DNA of 64,000 nt from Nitrososphaerota archaeon (lineage in GTDB: Archaea; Thermoproteota; Nitrososphaeria; PSMU01). The stretch covers positions 1 to 64,000 of the forward strand of contig PSMU01000004.1 of NCBI GenBank assembly GCA_040290255.1. Direction: 5' to 3'. Position 1 is the first letter of the stretch. Each line of letters opens with the position of its first letter. The translations under genes and the position numbers were made by a program. Shown one piece after another: positions 36,719 to 46,259 of the stretch. Under the pieces are notes generated by a model. That model was not told the origin of the DNA. It did not search any database and worked only from the letters and a program-made list of their open reading frames with translations.

Positions 36719-37876
36719 CTAGGCGGGGGGCTCGGGCACCGCGGCGAGCTCCTCCAGCAGCCCGCCGAGCGCCTCCTCCAGCGCCACGCCGTGGCCCTTG
36801 GCCCTTAGGGCCTGGCCCAGCAGGCTCACGGCCTGATAGATCTCCCTCCTGCCTATGTTGCCGAAGTGGCCGATGCGCAGCAGCTTCTCCTTCTCCTCGC
36901 CCATGCCCTGCGCAAGATAAAGGCCCATCCTCTCATACAGGAAGCCCTGAAGCTCGCCCGCGCTCCCTCCGGGCGCATAAAAGGCCGTGACCGTATGCGC
37001 CCTGAACCCCGGCTCGGCCACCAGCGCGAGGCCCATGCGCTCCAGCGCGCGCTGGAGCGCCCTGGCCTGCATCTCATGGCGGCGCCACCTCGTTTCGAGG
37101 CCCTCGCCCAGCGCCACCTTTAGCGCCACATTCACGGCGAGCAGCACATGCGTGGTGGGGGTGGAGAGGTAGATCCTGGGGTCCTCCATCACCTTGAGCC
37201 AGCGCGCGAGGTCCAGGTAATAGGAGGGTATGTCCCGGCGCCCCTCTATGTAGGCCGCCGCCTCCTCGGAGAGCATCAGCAGCGTAGCCCCCGGCGGCCC
37301 GGCGAGGCCCTTTTGAGAGGCCGTCACGGCCGCATCCACGCCCCAATCATCGAACCTGAACTCGCAGGCGCCCACGCTGCAGACCCCGTCCACGAGCGCC
37401 AGCACGCCGTGCTCCTTGCAGGCCTTGACGAGCTCGGGCAGGGGGCTTTCCACGCCCCTGGAGGTCTCGACATGGGTCATGAGCACGGCCCTGTACCTCT
37501 GCCTCGCGAGCAGCTCCCTGAGCTCCTCCGCGCTGAAGCCCCTTCCGCCCCTGGCCTCCACCGCCGTGACCCTGGCCCCGTGCAGCCGCGCCAGCAGCGT
37601 GAACCTCTTCCCGAAGTAGCCCGCCTCCAGCGAAAGCACCTCATCGCCCGGCCTCAGGAGGCTCGTGACCAGCGCCTCCAGGCCCACGGTGCCGGAGCCG
37701 GAGAAGACCACGGGCCTTCCCTTCGAGGATAGGAAGAGCCTCTTGGTCATATCGAGCAGCTCGAGGAAGGCCTCCCTGAACTCCGCGCTGGTATGCGCGA
37801 TGGCATCCCCGCCGAGCGCCTGCCTCACGCGCGGATGGAGAGGCGTGGGTCCCGGTATGAGCAGAAGCCCTCGCAT
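36719..37876 (-). CDS. Class V PLP aminotransferase (alanine-glyoxylate/serine-pyruvate type)
   Basis: IPGPT, GSGT, HVETSRG, VDGVCS, ASQKGLAGPPG, LRIGHFG. Confidence 0.92.
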   Translation of the reverse strand: MRGLLLIPGPTPLHPRVRQALGGDAIAHTSAEFREAFLELLDMTKRLFLSSKGRPVVFSGSGTVGLEALVTSLLRPGDEVLSLEAGYFGKRFTLLARLHGARVTAVEARGGRGFSAEELRELLARQRYRAVLMTHVETSRGVESPLPELVKACKEHGVLALVDGVCSVGACEFRFDDWGVDAAVTASQKGLAGPPGATLLMLSEEAAAYIEGRRDIPSYYLDLARWLKVMEDPRIYLSTPTTHVLLAVNVALKVALGEGLETRWRRHEMQARALQRALERMGLALVAEPGFRAHTVTAFYAPGGSAGELQGFLYERMGLYLAQGMGEEKEKLLRIGHFGNIGRREIYQAVSLLGQALRAKGHGVALEEALGGLLEELAAVPEPPA

Positions 37877-37915
37877 GACCTTACGCGGAGGCCCCCTTAT
37901 ATACGCGTTGCAGCG

Positions 37916-39796
37916 CTATAGCCTCTCGACCAGCGGAAGGCCGAGCAGCTCCGCCGCCACGCGCATGCTGGCCAAATAGGCCCTCACGAGGTGAAGCCTC
38001 GCGCTCCTGAGCTCCCCCTCGGCCCTCAGCACGGGCAGGCGCTCGTAGAACTTGTTGAAGGCGTTGGTCAGCTCAAAGGAATAGCGGGCCAGCACATGGG
38101 GCGTGAGCGAGGCAACGGCCTGCTCGAGCGCCAGGTCGAGCCGGGCGATGGCCTTGATGAGCCTCCACTCCTCGTGCTCCTTCAGCAGCTCGGCCAGGCC
38201 CTCCCTGTACTCTCCCAGGGCGCCGGCCTTCTCCAGTATGCGCCTTGCCCTGGCATAGCTGTAGAGCAGGTAGAGGCCCGTATCGCCCTCCAGGCGCAGG
38301 GCCTCCTCCATATCAAAGACGATCATGGAGTCCAGGTCCCTCTTGAGCATCTCATACCTTAGGGCGGCGACGGAGGCCCTCTCGGCCACCTCCTCGGCCT
38401 CCGCTTCCGCAAGACCCTCGTTCCTCTCGAGGATGCCCCGCCTTATCCTCTCCTTGAGCTGATCCAGGAAGGGGTCCACGTTCACGTATTCGCCGCGCCG
38501 CCCGGACATGTGCAGGAAGGGCCTGCCCCTGGCATCAAGCCCCAAACGTTCCGCCGTGGCCCTGCTCAGCGCCACCACCTCATAGCCCACATGCCTGTAC
38601 TGCCTGCCTCCCCCCACGAGCCTCGTCGCCACCTCGCCCACCAACCTCTGGGCGTCCCTCTGCCTTACATCGATGAGCGTGATGGCGAGCTCCGCCCCCC
38701 TCGAAAAGGCCTCGAGCCTCCGCCCCCCCTCCGCGCTCGTGGACCAGAGCGGCTGGCCGTTCGGCTGTTTTGCGTACTCGATGTAGAGGAAGGGGTCCTC
38801 CAGCCCTCCCAGCTTCCATACGGCATAGGCGATGTCCTTGGCTTCGTACACCGTCGTGCCATCGCTGCGCACCAGCACCCTCTCGCCTAAGCCCTCCAGG
38901 TCCACCACCCAGCAACCCCTGTGCTCTCCCTCCTCGGCGTACCTCACCAGCTTCTTCGCCTTCAGCAGCTCGAAGACCCTATGCCAGAGCCCCGTGCGCA
39001 GGATGTGGGACTCCCAGTTCAGGAGGTCGTAGAAGCACCTCAGTCGCCAGGCCGTCCTCAGGTTTCCCTCCACGACGCGCGCTATTATGCGCCGGGCCCT
39101 ATCGGAGAAGCCGGGGGGCTGCTCCTCCAGCAGCTTCAGCATCGCCCTCCTCTCCTCCAGTAGCTCGGGCCTCTGGCCGTACAGCTCGTTCACCTTCACG
39201 TAAACCTCATCGCCGCAGTACTGGTCAAAGGCCCGCGCCCCGGGATCCTCGCTGAAGCCCAGCCTGAAGAAGCCCACCAGCAGGTCCGCCACCTGCACGC
39301 CCGTGTCATCGATGTAGTTCAACACCGCCACGCGGTGGCCCGTCCACCTCAGGATGCGGGCCAGCGCATCGCCCAGCACCATATTCCTGGCATGGCCCAG
39401 GTGGATGGCCTTGTTGGGGTTCACGCTCGTATGCTCTAAAAAGACCGTCCGGCCCTGGCCTAGGTCGAGCCTGCCCCACTCCTCGGCGAGCGTTCCCCTC
39501 AGCACCCTGTCCGCGAGCCAGGGCCTGTTCAGGCGCACGTTCACATAGCCCGTGGGATGGGCCTCCAGCGCCCCTATCGCTTCATGATGGCCCGCTTGCT
39601 CGACCAGCCTCGCGGCCACGTCCTGGGGCCTGAGCCCCAGCTCCGCGGCCAGCAGAAGGGGCAGGTTGGAGGCAAGGTCGCCCAGCTCCTCGCGTGGCGG
39701 TTCGGCTATGGCATGCTCCTTAGGGCGAAGGCCTAACTTTATGGCCGCTTCCTCCAGCAGCCCCTTGGCCGCGGAAAGACAGGCCCTAAAGCTCAC
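37916..39796 (-). CDS. argS: Arginyl-tRNA synthetase
   Basis: EHTSVNPNKAIHLGHARN, RSDGT, MSGRRG, GDTGLYLLYSYAR. Confidence 0.96.
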   Translation of the reverse strand: MSFRACLSAAKGLLEEAAIKLGLRPKEHAIAEPPREELGDLASNLPLLLAAELGLRPQDVAARLVEQAGHHEAIGALEAHPTGYVNVRLNRPWLADRVLRGTLAEEWGRLDLGQGRTVFLEHTSVNPNKAIHLGHARNMVLGDALARILRWTGHRVAVLNYIDDTGVQVADLLVGFFRLGFSEDPGARAFDQYCGDEVYVKVNELYGQRPELLEERRAMLKLLEEQPPGFSDRARRIIARVVEGNLRTAWRLRCFYDLLNWESHILRTGLWHRVFELLKAKKLVRYAEEGEHRGCWVVDLEGLGERVLVRSDGTTVYEAKDIAYAVWKLGGLEDPFLYIEYAKQPNGQPLWSTSAEGGRRLEAFSRGAELAITLIDVRQRDAQRLVGEVATRLVGGGRQYRHVGYEVVALSRATAERLGLDARGRPFLHMSGRRGEYVNVDPFLDQLKERIRRGILERNEGLAEAEAEEVAERASVAALRYEMLKRDLDSMIVFDMEEALRLEGDTGLYLLYSYARARRILEKAGALGEYREGLAELLKEHEEWRLIKAIARLDLALEQAVASLTPHVLARYSFELTNAFNKFYERLPVLRAEGELRSARLHLVRAYLASMRVAAELLGLPLVERL

Positions 39797-39822
39797 CGCC
39801 CCCTTCGCCCGCGGGGCTCGCT

Positions 39823-40557
39823 TTAACCTTTAGCGGGGGGTGCGAGCAGCCCCTGCCTCAGCAGGGCCTCGACGCCCTCGTGAAGCCCCGCTCCATACTT
39901 ATGCCCCGCCACATACTTCGCGGCCCGCTTCGCGCTAGGGGAGGCGTTGGCGACCGCGATGGAGTAGCCGCAGAGCGTAAAGAGCGGCACATCGTTATCG
40001 CCGTCGCCCACGGCCACGCCCCCCTGCGGCCCGAAGGAGGGCCTCATCGAGGCCAGCACGCCAAGGGCCCGGGCCTTATCTACCCCCTTCTTGGTCAGGA
40101 GCACCGAGAAACCTGTCTCCACGAGCTGCACGTCAAGGCCGCTCCTCTCCAGGGCCCCCCTTGCCCTTTCGCTCGGCAGGCTGGGCTCCAGGATCACGCA
40201 GGTGAGCGGGGGCACCGTCTCCTTTACCCTGGGCCCCAGGCCCTCCTTCTCCAGCACCTCCAGGCCCCTGAGCGCCAGCGCCCTATCGCCCAGGAGCAGC
40301 AGCTCCTTGGGGGAGAAGGCCAGCACGCCCCCGTTTTCCGCGATGACGATGGGCGAGGCCTGCACCGCCTTGGCTATCGTCCAGGCCTCCCACGCGCTCC
40401 TGGCGCTGGCCAGGAGGACCTCATATCCCAGCGCCCTGAGCATCCTTATGGTCTTCACCGCCTCCAGGTCTAGGGCGCCCCCCTCATCGGTGAGCGTGCC
40501 ATCTATGTCTATCACGAAAAAGCGAAGCCCCACAGCGGCCCAGCAACCCTCCCTCAT
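39823..40557 (-). CDS. HAD phosphoglycolate phosphatase-like hydrolase (TA0175 type)
   Basis: DIDGTLTD, AENGG, GVDK, GDGDND. Confidence 0.88.
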   Translation of the reverse strand: MREGCWAAVGLRFFVIDIDGTLTDEGGALDLEAVKTIRMLRALGYEVLLASARSAWEAWTIAKAVQASPIVIAENGGVLAFSPKELLLLGDRALALRGLEVLEKEGLGPRVKETVPPLTCVILEPSLPSERARGALERSGLDVQLVETGFSVLLTKKGVDKARALGVLASMRPSFGPQGGVAVGDGDNDVPLFTLCGYSIAVANASPSAKRAAKYVAGHKYGAGLHEGVEALLRQGLLAPPAKG

Positions 40558-40570
40558 TTAGGCTTGCGCC

Positions 40571-41158
40571 CTAGCCGGGCAGGAGGCCCCTCAGCGCGGA
40601 GGCCAGGCCCAGGCCCAGCAGGTAGCAGAGCGCGGGCAGGCCCAGCCAGAGCCCCGGCCTTGCCCCTCGATAGTAAAGCAGCGCGGCGCCCTGCGCGCTC
40701 AGCAGGAGGCCGAGCCCCCAGAGCGTGAGCCAGGCCCCGCCCTGGGCGGCTTTGCCCAGCGCGCCGGAGAGAAGGGGCAGCACGGCCTCCAGCAGCGGGA
40801 GGTAGAGGCCCAGGGTGCAGGCCATGACCAGCGCCCTGAGCGCCTCCGCCCTCTGCCTTGCCCTCATCTCTTCTAAGAGCTTCCTGTTCCGCGCCAAGTA
40901 CGCCAGCAGGCGTTTTCCCATGCGCAGCGCCCTTGCGGGATGGGCCCTGAGCGCGCCGTAAAGCGCAAGGGCCAGCCGCAGGGGGCCTTCCTCGCTCATG
41001 TGCCCGGGCAGCGGGCTGCCCTGCAGCAGGAGCCCGCGCAGCGCTCGCCGGCTCAGCTCCCCTCCCCCCAGCGAGGAGAGGAGGAGGGCCCTCGCCGGCG
41101 CCTGGCCCTGCGCCAACCGCCCCACCAGCTCCGAGACCCACTCGCCCTCCTCGCTCAT
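40571..41158 (-). CDS. TadC-like pilus membrane protein (divergent)
   Basis: ATG 41158 overlaps the upstream stop; three C-terminal hydrophobic helices; operonic with the secretion ATPase. Confidence 0.5.
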   Translation of the reverse strand: MSEEGEWVSELVGRLAQGQAPARALLLSSLGGGELSRRALRGLLLQGSPLPGHMSEEGPLRLALALYGALRAHPARALRMGKRLLAYLARNRKLLEEMRARQRAEALRALVMACTLGLYLPLLEAVLPLLSGALGKAAQGGAWLTLWGLGLLLSAQGAALLYYRGARPGLWLGLPALCYLLGLGLASALRGLLPG

Positions 41159-41754
41159 GCCACCAGCCTCGCGCGCTCGCCCTGGGCGATGAGCACGAGC
41201 AGGGCCGTGGTGAGCGCGTGAAGAAGGAGCAAAACGAGGCCCTGCAGCGGCGCCAGCTCGCCGCCCAGCGCCCATGCGAAGAGGAGGAGCAGCGGCGAGA
41301 AGTACAGCCAACCCGCGAGCAGGGCCCCCTTGGCCCCCCTGAAGCTTACCTCCTCCCTGAACCTGAGCCTCGCATGCTGCTCCTCCAGCACCAGCAGGCC
41401 CGTGTGGCCCTCCAGCAGCCTGAGCAGCGCCCTGCCCAGGCTCTTGCTGGGATGCCGAAGCGCGTAGCCCCTTACCGCGGCGCCCAGCTCCTCGCCGAAG
41501 AGCGCCCTGCGCCACAGCGCGAAGAGCTCGCTCGAAAGATGCGGATAGCGCGCCGAGGCCAGGTGCTGAAGGGCCTTATGGAGCGAGCCCGTGGCCGTGA
41601 GCACACAGGAGGCCTCGGCCATGGCAAAGGGGGAGAGCGAGGAGATGTAGGTGGCCCTCGCCAGCCTTGCGGCCCACCGCGCCGTGGCCAGCGCTAGAAG
41701 CGCCAGAAGTGCGACCAGCGGCCCCCAGGGCCAAAGAAGGTAGAGCGAGGCCAT
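41155..41754 (-). CDS. TadB/T2SSF-like pilus membrane protein
   Basis: TGSLHKALQHLASARYPHLSSELFALWRRALFGEEL resembles a T2SS-F segment; TM helices. Confidence 0.6.
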   Translation of the reverse strand: MASLYLLWPWGPLVALLALLALATARWAARLARATYISSLSPFAMAEASCVLTATGSLHKALQHLASARYPHLSSELFALWRRALFGEELGAAVRGYALRHPSKSLGRALLRLLEGHTGLLVLEEQHARLRFREEVSFRGAKGALLAGWLYFSPLLLLFAWALGGELAPLQGLVLLLLHALTTALLVLIAQGERARLVA

Positions 41755-41756
41755 GC

Positions 41757-43238
41757 CTAGGCGGCCGCCTCCTGCAGCGGGGCCTGCCTGGCCCTCCAGT
41801 ATCGCCCCAGAAGCTGTTGCTGGGCCACGCGCCCGCCGTCAAGGCACGAGCCCAGGGCGCGGGCTATCTCCCGCATCCTCCTCTCCACCTCCTGCCTCGT
41901 CGTTCCCAGCTTCGCCGCCAGGGCCATCTGGTCGAAGCCCGCGGCGCGCATCAGGCCCCCATCGTTCCGCGAGTACAGGGGCCTCAGCCTTATCCCTCCT
42001 TCCCCCTCATAGGGCTCACAGATCTCCCAGACCCGCCGCGCGCCAGGCCCCTCCCTCCTCAGCCCGACCATCAGGTGAAGCTCGGGGAGAAGCAGGGCCG
42101 GCACGCGGTGAACCTGGAGCCAGCGCGCCAGGGCCCTCTCGCAGCTGGAGGCGTGAAAGGTGCAGAGCACCTGCACGCCGGCCGAGAGGGCGTGAAAGAG
42201 GGCCCGGCTATGCTCGGCGGTCTGCACCTCCCCCAAGATGATGATGTCGGGGTTCTTGTGCAGGGCCTTCACCACCTCCTGCGCCTTGCGCCTGCTCCTC
42301 GCCCACCCCTCCACCGGCTCCACCTGTAGCTTCACCTGCCTGTAGCCGAAGGGCAGCAGGTCCTGCGACTCGACCACGTCCTCGATGTACAGCCTGCGCA
42401 GCTCGGGGGGAAGCAGGGGGTCGAGGCAGTTGAGGAGCGTGGTCTTGCCGCTGCCCGTGGGCCCCACGACGGCCAGGCCTGCGCCCAGCTCCAGGCAGGC
42501 CAGCAGAAAGCAGGCCGCCTCGAACGAAAGGAACTGCTGGGCCAGGAGGTCCGCGAGCGAGAGCTGGGCGAGGCTCACCTTCCTCATGTTCATGTTAAAC
42601 CCGTTATACGAGAGGGGCTGCAGGTCCACGGCCAGCCGGAGCCTCTTACCAAGGATGGTCAGCTCGCCCTTGAGCGAGGGGGTCGTGTAGGAGTAGGCCG
42701 TGTCGGAGAAGGCCTCGAGCAGGAACTGTAATGCGTTCTTCTCCCTGGGCTCGAGCACGTGGTCCGTGCTGCAGCGCCCATGGCTCAGATGGTCCAGGTA
42801 TAGGGGGGCGAAGGGGGCGTCCACATAGACCTCCTGCACGCGGTCATCCAGGATATAGGGGGCCAGCCGGCTTAAGCCCAGGGCCTCCAGCACGGCCAGG
42901 TGCGCGGCCCATGTATCTTCCGCCTTCAGCAGGAGCTTGGCCTGCGCGCTGAGCTGGCCGTAGACCTCTTCCCATGTGGCCTCACGCAGGTCGAGCTCCG
43001 CCTCCTCCTTCAGCCTCTGAACGCACCACCGTATGCGGGGCAGCAGGGGAAGGTAGCCCTCCTCTAGCGCGGCGGCGTACAGCGGCCTCGCGCCCCTTCG
43101 CGTGATGAAGATGCGGTAGGGCCCCGCGGAATAGGCCTCCTCGGGCAGATCTTGAGGGCGCTCCAGCAGGTCCAGCAGGAGCCAGCCCGCCATCCCCTCC
43201 TTCTTGGGCGGGGCCCTAAGCCAGCGCAGCAGGCGCAC
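41757..43238 (-). CDS. Type II/IV secretion ATPase (TadA/ArlI family)
   Basis: DDRVQEVYV, GPTGSGKTTLLN, IEDVVE, PDIIILGEV, CTFHA. Confidence 0.93.
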   Translation of the reverse strand: MRLLRWLRAPPKKEGMAGWLLLDLLERPQDLPEEAYSAGPYRIFITRRGARPLYAAALEEGYLPLLPRIRWCVQRLKEEAELDLREATWEEVYGQLSAQAKLLLKAEDTWAAHLAVLEALGLSRLAPYILDDRVQEVYVDAPFAPLYLDHLSHGRCSTDHVLEPREKNALQFLLEAFSDTAYSYTTPSLKGELTILGKRLRLAVDLQPLSYNGFNMNMRKVSLAQLSLADLLAQQFLSFEAACFLLACLELGAGLAVVGPTGSGKTTLLNCLDPLLPPELRRLYIEDVVESQDLLPFGYRQVKLQVEPVEGWARSRRKAQEVVKALHKNPDIIILGEVQTAEHSRALFHALSAGVQVLCTFHASSCERALARWLQVHRVPALLLPELHLMVGLRREGPGARRVWEICEPYEGEGGIRLRPLYSRNDGGLMRAAGFDQMALAAKLGTTRQEVERRMREIARALGSCLDGGRVAQQQLLGRYWRARQAPLQEAAA

Positions 43239-43275
43239 GTCCAGCCGCGGCAGGACATATAAAAGCCGCCATGAG

Positions 43276-43686
43276 GTGGGCGCTTATATCCCCTGGGTCC
43301 GCCTGGGCGTGGTCCAGCTCGTGGAGGCCGCCCTGGTCCTGTGCCTGGGGGCGCTCCTGGCCTCGCTTCAGGCCCCCTATCTTGCGGGCCTGCTCAAGGG
43401 GGCGGGCAAGGCCCTGCTCAGGGAAAGCCTAGGCCAGGCGGGCCAGGCCCTGCTGGGGGCCCTTTACGAAAGCTATACATCGGGGAGCAGCCTTTTAGTG
43501 CGCCCCGCGCCCGGCCTGGCCCTGCACGTCAAATGTGAGCCGGGAGCGCTCTCGCTCTCCTCGGGGGAGGTCACGCTGCAGCTGGGCACGCACCTTCCCC
43601 TGCAGCCCTGCGACATATCCTTGCCCCCGGGGGGCTGCGTGATGGTCGCCAGCACGCCGTTGGGCATGAAGCTCACGGGGTGTTGA
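43276..43686 (+). CDS. Pilin-like protein
   Basis: GTG 43276 after CATATAAAA; RLG|VVQLVEAALVLCLGALL N-terminal helix, then a beta-rich domain with cysteines. Confidence 0.55.
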   Translation: MGAYIPWVRLGVVQLVEAALVLCLGALLASLQAPYLAGLLKGAGKALLRESLGQAGQALLGALYESYTSGSSLLVRPAPGLALHVKCEPGALSLSSGEVTLQLGTHLPLQPCDISLPPGGCVMVASTPLGMKLTGC

Positions 43687-43731
43687 GGCCTGGCGATCCT
43701 ACTTCAGTATAAGCTCTCCCTCGCGCTCTGG

Positions 43732-44064
43732 TTGTCCATCTCACTGGTCCTTACGGGCTACGCGCTATCCTTCTCGGGGCAGCTGGCGCAAATGGAGGCC
43801 TTGGCCGCCGCGCGTAGGACGGCGGCGCTCTTGGACCTTCTGGCCAGCACCGCCCTCCGAGAGGGCTGCGAGATAGCCTTCAGGCCTCCGCTTCCCCAGG
43901 GCTCCTTCGCCCGGATAATGGGCCATAGCCTGGCGCTGCGCCTGGGCGGCATCACCGCCTCCTGGCCGCTGGCGCATGACTTTATGCCGGCTCTGCTGCT
44001 TCCTGGCGAGACCTACTGGCTCAGCGGCCAGGGCGGCCGGGCGGCAGTGCGGCCATGGAGCTGA
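43732..44064 (+). CDS. Pilin-like protein (start may be CTG 43690)
   Basis: N-terminal hydrophobic helix, amphipathic helix, then beta-rich domain; same operon. Confidence 0.5.
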   Translation: MSISLVLTGYALSFSGQLAQMEALAAARRTAALLDLLASTALREGCEIAFRPPLPQGSFARIMGHSLALRLGGITASWPLAHDFMPALLLPGETYWLSGQGGRAAVRPWS

Positions 44065-44153
44065 GCTACGCCTTGATCTTGGAGGCGCTCTTTGCGGGCG
44101 CCTTCCTCCTGCTGCTCTACCTTCTGGGCACGGCGCTCTATCGGGCGGCTTGA
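44055..44153 (+). CDS. 32-aa single-helix membrane peptide (not in the ORF track)
   Basis: MELSYALILEALFAGAFLLLLYLLGTALYRAA; its stop overlaps the next ATG (TGATG). Confidence 0.6.
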   Translation: MELSYALILEALFAGAFLLLLYLLGTALYRAA

Positions 44154-44506
44154 TGCTCCAGCTCTTAGATAGGGCCGTAGCGCTCGGCCTGATGGCGCTG
44201 GCGCTCCTCGCGGCCGTATCATATCCTCCACGCCCGTCCCCCGCCTCGCCGGCCTGGGATGAGAGGGCCAGGGCGCTGCTCGAGGGGCTTATTTCCAGCG
44301 CCGGTCCGGAGGCGCTCTTCTCGGCCTATAGGCAGGGCGGCCCCGGCCTCGTCGGGGCTCTGCTCGCGGCGCAGCCGCAGGCCAAGGAGCTCGTGAAGCT
44401 CAGCGTGAACGGTCAGGTGCTCTTCGATAAGGGGCCGGCGAGGGGGCATGCGCTGATCGCGCTCGCGCTTCAGGACCTCACGCTGGTCCTGGAGGCCTGG
44501 GCTTGA
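44153..44506 (+). CDS. Pilin-like protein
   Basis: MLQLLDRAVALGLMALALLAAV N-terminal helix; translationally coupled at both ends. Confidence 0.55.
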   Translation: MLQLLDRAVALGLMALALLAAVSYPPRPSPASPAWDERARALLEGLISSAGPEALFSAYRQGGPGLVGALLAAQPQAKELVKLSVNGQVLFDKGPARGHALIALALQDLTLVLEAWA

Positions 44507-45567
44507 GACGGGGCCTAGCCTCGCCCGCCGCCGCGCTTATCCTGGTGCTGGCCTTGGGCTACCTGTCGCTCTCACAGGGCCTCGAGCAGGCGCTTTGGCT
44601 GGCCCAGCTGCAGACGGATGCGGCGGAGGAGGTCGGCCTGCTCTGGCGCTACCTCGCGCTGAGCTCCGCGCTGGCGCTCGTGGATTACGTGGATCGCGCG
44701 CTGTTGGCCAGCGGCCCGGAGGGCATAGCGGAAGCGGTGAGCGCGCTCCTTGGCGGGCCCATACGCCTGGCCCTGGCCTACTCGCTTCCCCCCGCCCTGG
44801 AGGCCCGCGCCGAGCTCACGGCCACCAGCACGGATAAGAACGAAGTGCCCTCCGCGCCCTTCAGCCATCCCCTGCTGGGCTACGGCGAAGGGGGCCTCAA
44901 CTTCCTGCTGCAGCTTCATATCAGCATAATGGACCGCGCGCTCCTAGTGCGCAAGGAGGGCTCTCTATGGCTGCTGGTGCACCATCCCGCCAAGGTCTAT
45001 GCCGTACTGGAGCTCTGTACGCGCCTTCGGCGCGAGGCGCTCGACTTAGCCCAGAAGGGAATAGCCGCCGACAGGTCCTTCGCCACGGGCGGCCTGCTGG
45101 GCAGGCTAAGGACTTGGAATGCCTCTGCGGGCTGGGCCTACGAGGTGGAGGCGCGGCAGAAGGGGGCCCTGGGCCTCATGCTGGCCCAGAGGAGCGACCT
45201 GCTCTGCACGGCCCATGGCCTCCTCCAACAGGCGCCGCACGAGCCCCGAGTAGACCTCCCTGACCGTGTACTCGGCCACGCCGCAGGCGGCGCCCGCCTG
45301 GCCCTGCGTGAAGAGCCTGCCCCTCCCCCCCTGCCTGGCCAGCCTCACCTCGGCCGCATAGAGCAGGGAAGCGGCCAGGGCCCTCGGGCTCCTGCCCTGC
45401 AGCCTCACGGCATCCAGCAGGCCCAGCAGCTTGAGCGCCTCGCGCACGAGCTGCCTCTCATAGCTCCCCGGCTGCAGGCCTTCCCTCCCCAGCGCCCGGG
45501 CCACGGGCTCCAGGCCCAGCAGCGCGCTGGGGGCGCGCAGCACATAGTCCCTTATCCCCAGCGATAG
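44503..45567 (+). CDS. Large pilin/adhesin-like protein with class III-like signal peptide
   Basis: MRRG|LASPAAALILVLALGYL; the 3' part overlaps the antisense TFB-like gene. Confidence 0.55.
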   Translation: MRRGLASPAAALILVLALGYLSLSQGLEQALWLAQLQTDAAEEVGLLWRYLALSSALALVDYVDRALLASGPEGIAEAVSALLGGPIRLALAYSLPPALEARAELTATSTDKNEVPSAPFSHPLLGYGEGGLNFLLQLHISIMDRALLVRKEGSLWLLVHHPAKVYAVLELCTRLRREALDLAQKGIAADRSFATGGLLGRLRTWNASAGWAYEVEARQKGALGLMLAQRSDLLCTAHGLLQQAPHEPRVDLPDRVLGHAAGGARLALREEPAPPPLPGQPHLGRIEQGSGQGPRAPALQPHGIQQAQQLERLAHELPLIAPRLQAFPPQRPGHGLQAQQRAGGAQHIVPYPQR

Positions 45568-46152
45568 GACGCCCCCCTGGTCCTGGAGCCTTATCCTGAG
45601 CAGGCCCGCCGCCCTTATCCTGTGCCCCAGCCCCTGAAAGGCCCTGCGTAGCTCCGGCCACGAGACCCTTGCCAGCCGCAGCTCCCTGAGCGTCGCCAGC
45701 AGGCTGTAGGCCGCGATGGCCGGCGTGCTGGCGCTGAGCTCGCCGCCCATCTTCCTCCTGAGCAGCCTCATGCCCTTCCTCAGCGCCTGCTCCCATACGC
45801 CCCTGGGCAGGCCCAGCGCGCCGCAGGCCCTCTCCAGGCACTCCTCCAGCGCCCTAAGGTGTGCGGACTGAACGCCCCTTATGGCATGGTCCGAGAGCGC
45901 CTTGAGCCTTAGCAGCCTGGGCCCATCGGGATAGCGGCTCACATCCATAAAGGGCCGACCGAAGTAGCTGCCGAGCTCATACGGCCTAGCTCCGCCCGCT
46001 TTCCCGCTTACCTCCTCTTGGGGGCCCAGCACACGGGCACAGCGGGGGCAGAGCAGCTCTTGCTCGAGCTGGAGCCCCCGCGCACCGCAGGCCGCGCAGG
46101 ACACATCGCCCGGCCTTGCCCGCGCTCTATCTGCTTCCTGCCCTCCAGCCAT
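45106..46152 (-). CDS. Divergent TFB (TFIIB) family protein
   Basis: CAACG...CPRCARVL zinc ribbon; cyclin repeats, QGRSPRALAASLLY, TQGQAGAACGVAEYTVRE. Confidence 0.8.
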   Translation of the reverse strand: MAGGQEADRARARPGDVSCAACGARGLQLEQELLCPRCARVLGPQEEVSGKAGGARPYELGSYFGRPFMDVSRYPDGPRLLRLKALSDHAIRGVQSAHLRALEECLERACGALGLPRGVWEQALRKGMRLLRRKMGGELSASTPAIAAYSLLATLRELRLARVSWPELRRAFQGLGHRIRAAGLLRIRLQDQGGVLSLGIRDYVLRAPSALLGLEPVARALGREGLQPGSYERQLVREALKLLGLLDAVRLQGRSPRALAASLLYAAEVRLARQGGRGRLFTQGQAGAACGVAEYTVREVYSGLVRRLLEEAMGRAEQVAPLGQHEAQGPLLPRLHLVGPARRGIPSP

Positions 46153-46259
46153 ACGCGCGGGCGGGCGGCCGGCAAGGGGGCGTGCACGGCCCTCGCGCGC
46201 TCGGGGAGGGAGCGGTGAAAGCTAGGTGGCTTTTTATACCCCGAGCCCTCAGCCGGGAC

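Noticed and set aside
43681-43692. Selenocysteine or stop readthrough at the in-frame TGA between two pilin-like ORFs
   Set aside because: The next ORF has its own N-terminal hydrophobic helix and plausible CTG/TTG starts; no SECIS-like evidence
40571-45567. Archaellum operon
   Set aside because: No archaellin, ArlH or ArlF/G-like sequences recognised
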